Shown here: piece by piece, positions 60,829 to 64,000 of the stretch
Layout: the number at the start of each line of letters is the position of its first letter
How positions within the stretch are numbered: the first letter of the stretch is position 1
Source: Planctomycetota bacterium
Lineage (GTDB): Bacteria; Planctomycetota; UBA1135; UBA2386
NCBI GenBank assembly: GCA_046290465.1
Contig: JBKAGP010000001.1
Coordinates: 4,384,001 to 4,448,000, forward strand
DNA: 64,000 nucleotides
Direction: 5' to 3'
The notes under the pieces: generated by a model
The model's database searches: none
The model's input: the letters and a program-made list of their open reading frames with translations, nothing else
Told to the model about the DNA's origin: nothing
Program-made: the position numbers and the translations under genes

Positions 60829-61655
60829 GGCGCGGGGAACCCGTGCTGTGCGAGGATGCGTCGGCCTTCGGCGCCGAGCACGAACGCGACGAAGGCGTGG
60901 CCACCGTCGGTCCGATCGCCGCCAGACGTGGCGACGATCGGGTAGGTCGCGACGACGTCGTGGTGGGCGGGCAGCTCGACCGCGTGCAAGCGCTCGGAGG
61001 CCGCCAGGGCGTCGGTCCGGTAGACGATGCCGGCATCGGCGACGCCGAGCTCGATCTTGCTGACGATCGCGCGCACGCTCGGCTCGTCGGACGCGGAGGT
61101 CACGGCGACGCCGGCGCGGGCCAGCGCCTCGCGCGCGTAGCGGCCGGCCGGCACCGCCGGCGCGCACAGCAGGCAGGTGACGTCGTCGCGGCTCAGGTCT
61201 GCGAGCCCGGTGACGTTCTTGGGGTTGCCCGGGCGGGTGACGATCACCAGCGAGTTGCCGGCGAACGGGCGCGGCACGCCGGCGGCACGGCTGGCGTCGA
61301 CGACGCGCTGCATCTGGATGTGGTCGGCCGAGGCGAACACGTCGGCCGGCGCACCTTCGCGCAGCTGCAGCACCAGCTGCGGCGTGCCGGCGCAGTGCAG
61401 GTCCAGGCGCAGCTCGGGGTGACGTTCGCCGAACGCGCGCGTCAGCTGCTCGAACGGCGCGGTCAGCGACGCCGCCGCGAACACCCGGACGGTCGGACGT
61501 GCATCGCCGCGGCAGCCGGCCAACAGCAGGGTGGCCAACAGCAGCGTGGCCAACAACAGCGTGGCCAACAACAGGGTGGCCAATCGCAGGGTGCAGGTCC
61601 GCTGGCTGTCGATCCGCAGCACGCCGGCCAGCGACCTGGCGGTCGCGGTCGGCAT
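60825..61655 (-). CDS. modA: molybdate-binding lipoprotein (start uncertain)
   Basis: LAGC lipobox, VFAAASL, GAPADVFASA, VPAGRYA, DAGIVYRTD. Confidence 0.92.
   Translation of the reverse strand: MPTATARSLAGVLRIDSQRTCTLRLATLLLATLLLATLLLATLLLAGCRGDARPTVRVFAAASLTAPFEQLTRAFGERHPELRLDLHCAGTPQLVLQLREGAPADVFASADHIQMQRVVDASRAAGVPRPFAGNSLVIVTRPGNPKNVTGLADLSRDDVTCLLCAPAVPAGRYAREALARAGVAVTSASDEPSVRAIVSKIELGVADAGIVYRTDALAASERLHAVELPAHHDVVATYPIVATSGGDRTDGGHAFVAFVLGAEGRRILAQHGFPAP
61521..61594. repeat. 15-bp in-frame tandem repeat (4 copies + 1 degenerate) in the modA signal peptide
   Basis: CAACA(G/A)CAG(G/C)GTGGC x4, encoding (ATLLL)4. Confidence 0.9.
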
Positions 61656-61745
61656 CCGGGGTGACGGCGTTCGGCCCATGGAGGTCCCTAGATACCGCAC
61701 CGCCGGATCGGGCGCAGCGGTTTCTTGGGCCACCCCGGAACGCCT

Positions 61746-61761
61746 TACTTACAAGTAAGTA
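61746..61761. promoter_or_regulatory. TetR-type operator palindrome
   Basis: TACTTAC-AA-GTAAGTA, a perfect AT-rich dyad ending 11 nt before the SDR start. Confidence 0.8.
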
Positions 61762-61772
61762 TCACGGCCGCC

Positions 61773-62549
61773 ATGAGCAAGCAAGCTTCGTTCGCGAACC
61801 AGCGACTCCTCGTCCTCGGCGGCACCAGCGGCATCGGCCTCGCGGTGGCGCGACAGGTCACACAGGCCGGCGGCAGCGCCGTGCTGGTCGGCCGGACCGC
61901 CGACAAGGCGGCGGCTGCCGCCGCCGCGCTGTCGCCTTCGGGTGACGTCACCGCGTTCGCGCATCCGCTCGACGATCGCGACGCGCTGCCGGCGCTGCTG
62001 CAGAGGCTCGACGCAGAAGGGCCGTTCGACCTGCTGGTCAACGCCGCCGGCGTGTTCGCGCCGAAGCCGTTCCTCGAGCACGAGGCGGGTGACTACGACC
62101 GCTACCTGGAGCTCAACCGCGGCACGTTCTTCGCGACCCAGCACATCGCCCGGGCGATGAAGGAACGCGGCGGCGGCGCGATCGTCAACATCGGTTCGAT
62201 GTGGGCGAAACAGGCGGTCGCGGCGACGCCGTCGTCGGCCTACTCGATGGCCAAGGCCGGTCTGCACGCGATGACCCAGCACCTGGCGATGGAGCTGGCC
62301 GGCGCCGGGATCCGCGTCAACGCGGTCTCGCCGGCGGTCGTCGAGACCCCGGTCTACGAGGCCTTCATCCCCAAGCACGAGGTCGCCGCGGCGCTGAAGG
62401 GCTTCGACCCGTTCCACCCGATCGGTCGCATCGGCGTGCCGGACGATGTCGCCAGCGCCGTGACGTTCCTGCTGTCGGACCAGGCGGCGTGGGTCACCGG
62501 CGCGATCTGGGACGTCGACGGCGGCGTCATGGCCGGCCGCAACCAGTGA
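61773..62549 (+). CDS. short-chain dehydrogenase/reductase
   Basis: [29 protein letters not shown]. Confidence 0.95.
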   Translation: MSKQASFANQRLLVLGGTSGIGLAVARQVTQAGGSAVLVGRTADKAAAAAAALSPSGDVTAFAHPLDDRDALPALLQRLDAEGPFDLLVNAAGVFAPKPFLEHEAGDYDRYLELNRGTFFATQHIARAMKERGGGAIVNIGSMWAKQAVAATPSSAYSMAKAGLHAMTQHLAMELAGAGIRVNAVSPAVVETPVYEAFIPKHEVAAALKGFDPFHPIGRIGVPDDVASAVTFLLSDQAAWVTGAIWDVDGGVMAGRNQ

Positions 62550-62588
62550 CCGGTGCACGGCAGCGGCGCGAGCGGGTAAGAAGGAGCC

Positions 62589-63176
62589 ATGAGCGTCAAG
62601 CGCGCAGCCTCCGGTATCGGCACCAAGCAGCGCATCCTCGAGGTGGCGACTGGGCTGATGCAGGCGCGCGGGTTCCACGGCTTCACGTTCCACGACGTCG
62701 CCGCGGAGCTCGGGATCAGCCACGTCGCCGTGCACCATCACTACAAGACCAAGGCGGCGCTGGTCGAGGCGGCGATGCTCGCCTACACCGAACGGTTCTC
62801 GGCGGAGCTCGAGCAGATCGCGGCGTCGGGCGAGCAGCCCGAGGACCAGCTGCGCAGCTACGCGGCGCTGTTCGACGCGGTGGTGCAGAGCGGCGACCGT
62901 GTCTGCCTGTGCGGCGTGCTCGCCGCCGAGCTGGCGACGCTGCCGGCGCCGGTGCAGCCCGCGGTGCGCGCGTTCTACGACGCCAACGAGGCGTGGCTGG
63001 CGCGCGTCATCGGCCGGCACGTCGGCAAGCGCAGTTCGTCGGCACGGGTGCAGCAGATGGCCAAGGCGTTCCTGTCGCTGCTGGAGGGCGCGATGATCAG
63101 CGCGCGCGCGTTCGGCGATCCGGCGCGGCTGTCGTCGGCGGCGCAGTGGTGGATCGACACGCTACCGGCGGCATGA
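62589..63176 (+). CDS. TetR/AcrR regulator (NemR/AcuR-like)
   Basis: AAGGAG RBS; GFHGFTFHDVA.ELGI...HHY.TK; CLCG motif. Confidence 0.93.
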   Translation: MSVKRAASGIGTKQRILEVATGLMQARGFHGFTFHDVAAELGISHVAVHHHYKTKAALVEAAMLAYTERFSAELEQIAASGEQPEDQLRSYAALFDAVVQSGDRVCLCGVLAAELATLPAPVQPAVRAFYDANEAWLARVIGRHVGKRSSSARVQQMAKAFLSLLEGAMISARAFGDPARLSSAAQWWIDTLPAA

Positions 63177-64000
63177 AGGGCCCCGTCACCGTCGTCTGGG
63201 CGCACCGCCGCACCGGCAAGTTCGCGCTCTACGTGCTGACCGGTGCGCTGTCGACCAACCCGCGCACCCGGGACGTGCCGCTGGTGTTCGCCAACGGCGT
63301 CGACGCAGTCGTCGCGGCGATCGAGGCGGCGCGTGCCGACGGCCACCGCGTGCTGGTCGGCTGGTCGTTCTACTCGCCGGACTTCGCGCAGATGCGCGAC
63401 GAACACCGTCAGGTGCGCGCGCGCGTCGACGACCCGATGGTCTGGCACGTGGCCGGTGGCGTGCACGCATCGGCCGAGCCGGAGGGCACGCTGCGCGCCG
63501 GCTTCGACCTCGCGGCGGTCGGCGAAGGCGAGCAGCTGATCCAGGACCTGGTGCTGGCGCTGCTCGACGGTGTGCCGCCGCAGCAGGTCGCCGGCATCGC
63601 GTCGCTGCGCGATGGCTCGCTGCACAAGAACGGCCGTGCCGACCGCATCGTGCTCGACGACTACCCGCCGTTCGGCCCCGATCACGGCCGCTTCGGCCCG
63701 ATCGAGATCACCCGCGGCTGCATCTACGCGTGCCGCTTCTGCCAGACGCCCTACTTCGCAGGTGCCAGCTTCCGGCACCGTTCGGTCGACAACGTGCGGC
63801 ACTGGGTGCGCTTCCTGGTCCGACGCGGCTTCCGCGACTTCCGCTTCCTGACCCCGACGTCGATGAGCTACGGCACGTCGACTGCCGAGCCGGACCTCGA
63901 TGCGATCGAGGCGCTGCTGGCCGGCGTGCGCGAGGACATCGGTCCCGATCGCAAGCTGTGGTTCGGGACGTTCCCGAGCGAGGTGCGGCCGGAGCACGTC
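63173..64000 (+). CDS. B12-binding radical SAM protein (TIGR04013/MJ1487-like); runs off the window
   Basis: Hand-translated: GWSFYS, AGGVHASAEP, VGEGE, PIEITRGCIYACRFCQT (CxxxCxxC), FGTFPSEVRPE. Absent from the ORF track because there is no stop in the window. Confidence 0.88.
   Translation, partial: MKGPVTVVWAHRRTGKFALYVLTGALSTNPRTRDVPLVFANGVDAVVAAIEAARADGHRVLVGWSFYSPDFAQMRDEHRQVRARVDDPMVWHVAGGVHASAEPEGTLRAGFDLAAVGEGEQLIQDLVLALLDGVPPQQVAGIASLRDGSLHKNGRADRIVLDDYPPFGPDHGRFGPIEITRGCIYACRFCQTPYFAGASFRHRSVDNVRHWVRFLVRRGFRDFRFLTPTSMSYGTSTAEPDLDAIEALLAGVREDIGPDRKLWFGTFPSEVRPEHV

Overview
A very GC-rich (roughly 70% by eye), gene-dense bacterial chromosome segment with about 60 supportable CDSs. 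I found no rRNA, tRNA, CRISPR array, transposase or prophage genes. The gene mix (HEAT-vWA and VIT-vWA proteins, a carboxypeptidase-regulatory-like repeat protein, an ECF sigma/anti-sigma pair, secreted proteins with a shared C-terminal tail) suggests Planctomycetota, which is inference only. Housekeeping genes include frameshifted prfB, purH, yggS, nth, pepP, modABC and a pseudouridine synthase. The best candidate for an undescribed system is a divergent 10-gene cluster at 49422-58985: RibD-type reductase, Zn-less MDR dehydrogenase, Cys-less PTPS/QueD paralogue and GT4 on one arm; CDP-alcohol phosphotransferase, three methyltransferases, a membrane protein and a sulfatase-like protein on the other. 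It looks like a pathway for a lipid-linked, methylated pterin- or pyrimidine-derived glycoconjugate. Other notable signals: a CCA-like nucleotidyltransferase with an altered templating motif; many genes with a -10 box 6-7 nt before the start codon (apparently leaderless); a four-operator array upstream of a hipBA-like module; two families of GAA-loop palindromic repeats; a TPP E1 fusion coupled to a FabD-like acyltransferase with no E2; and several small ORFs missing from the ORF track. Start codons were chosen by eye and product calls come from motif recognition, not database searches.
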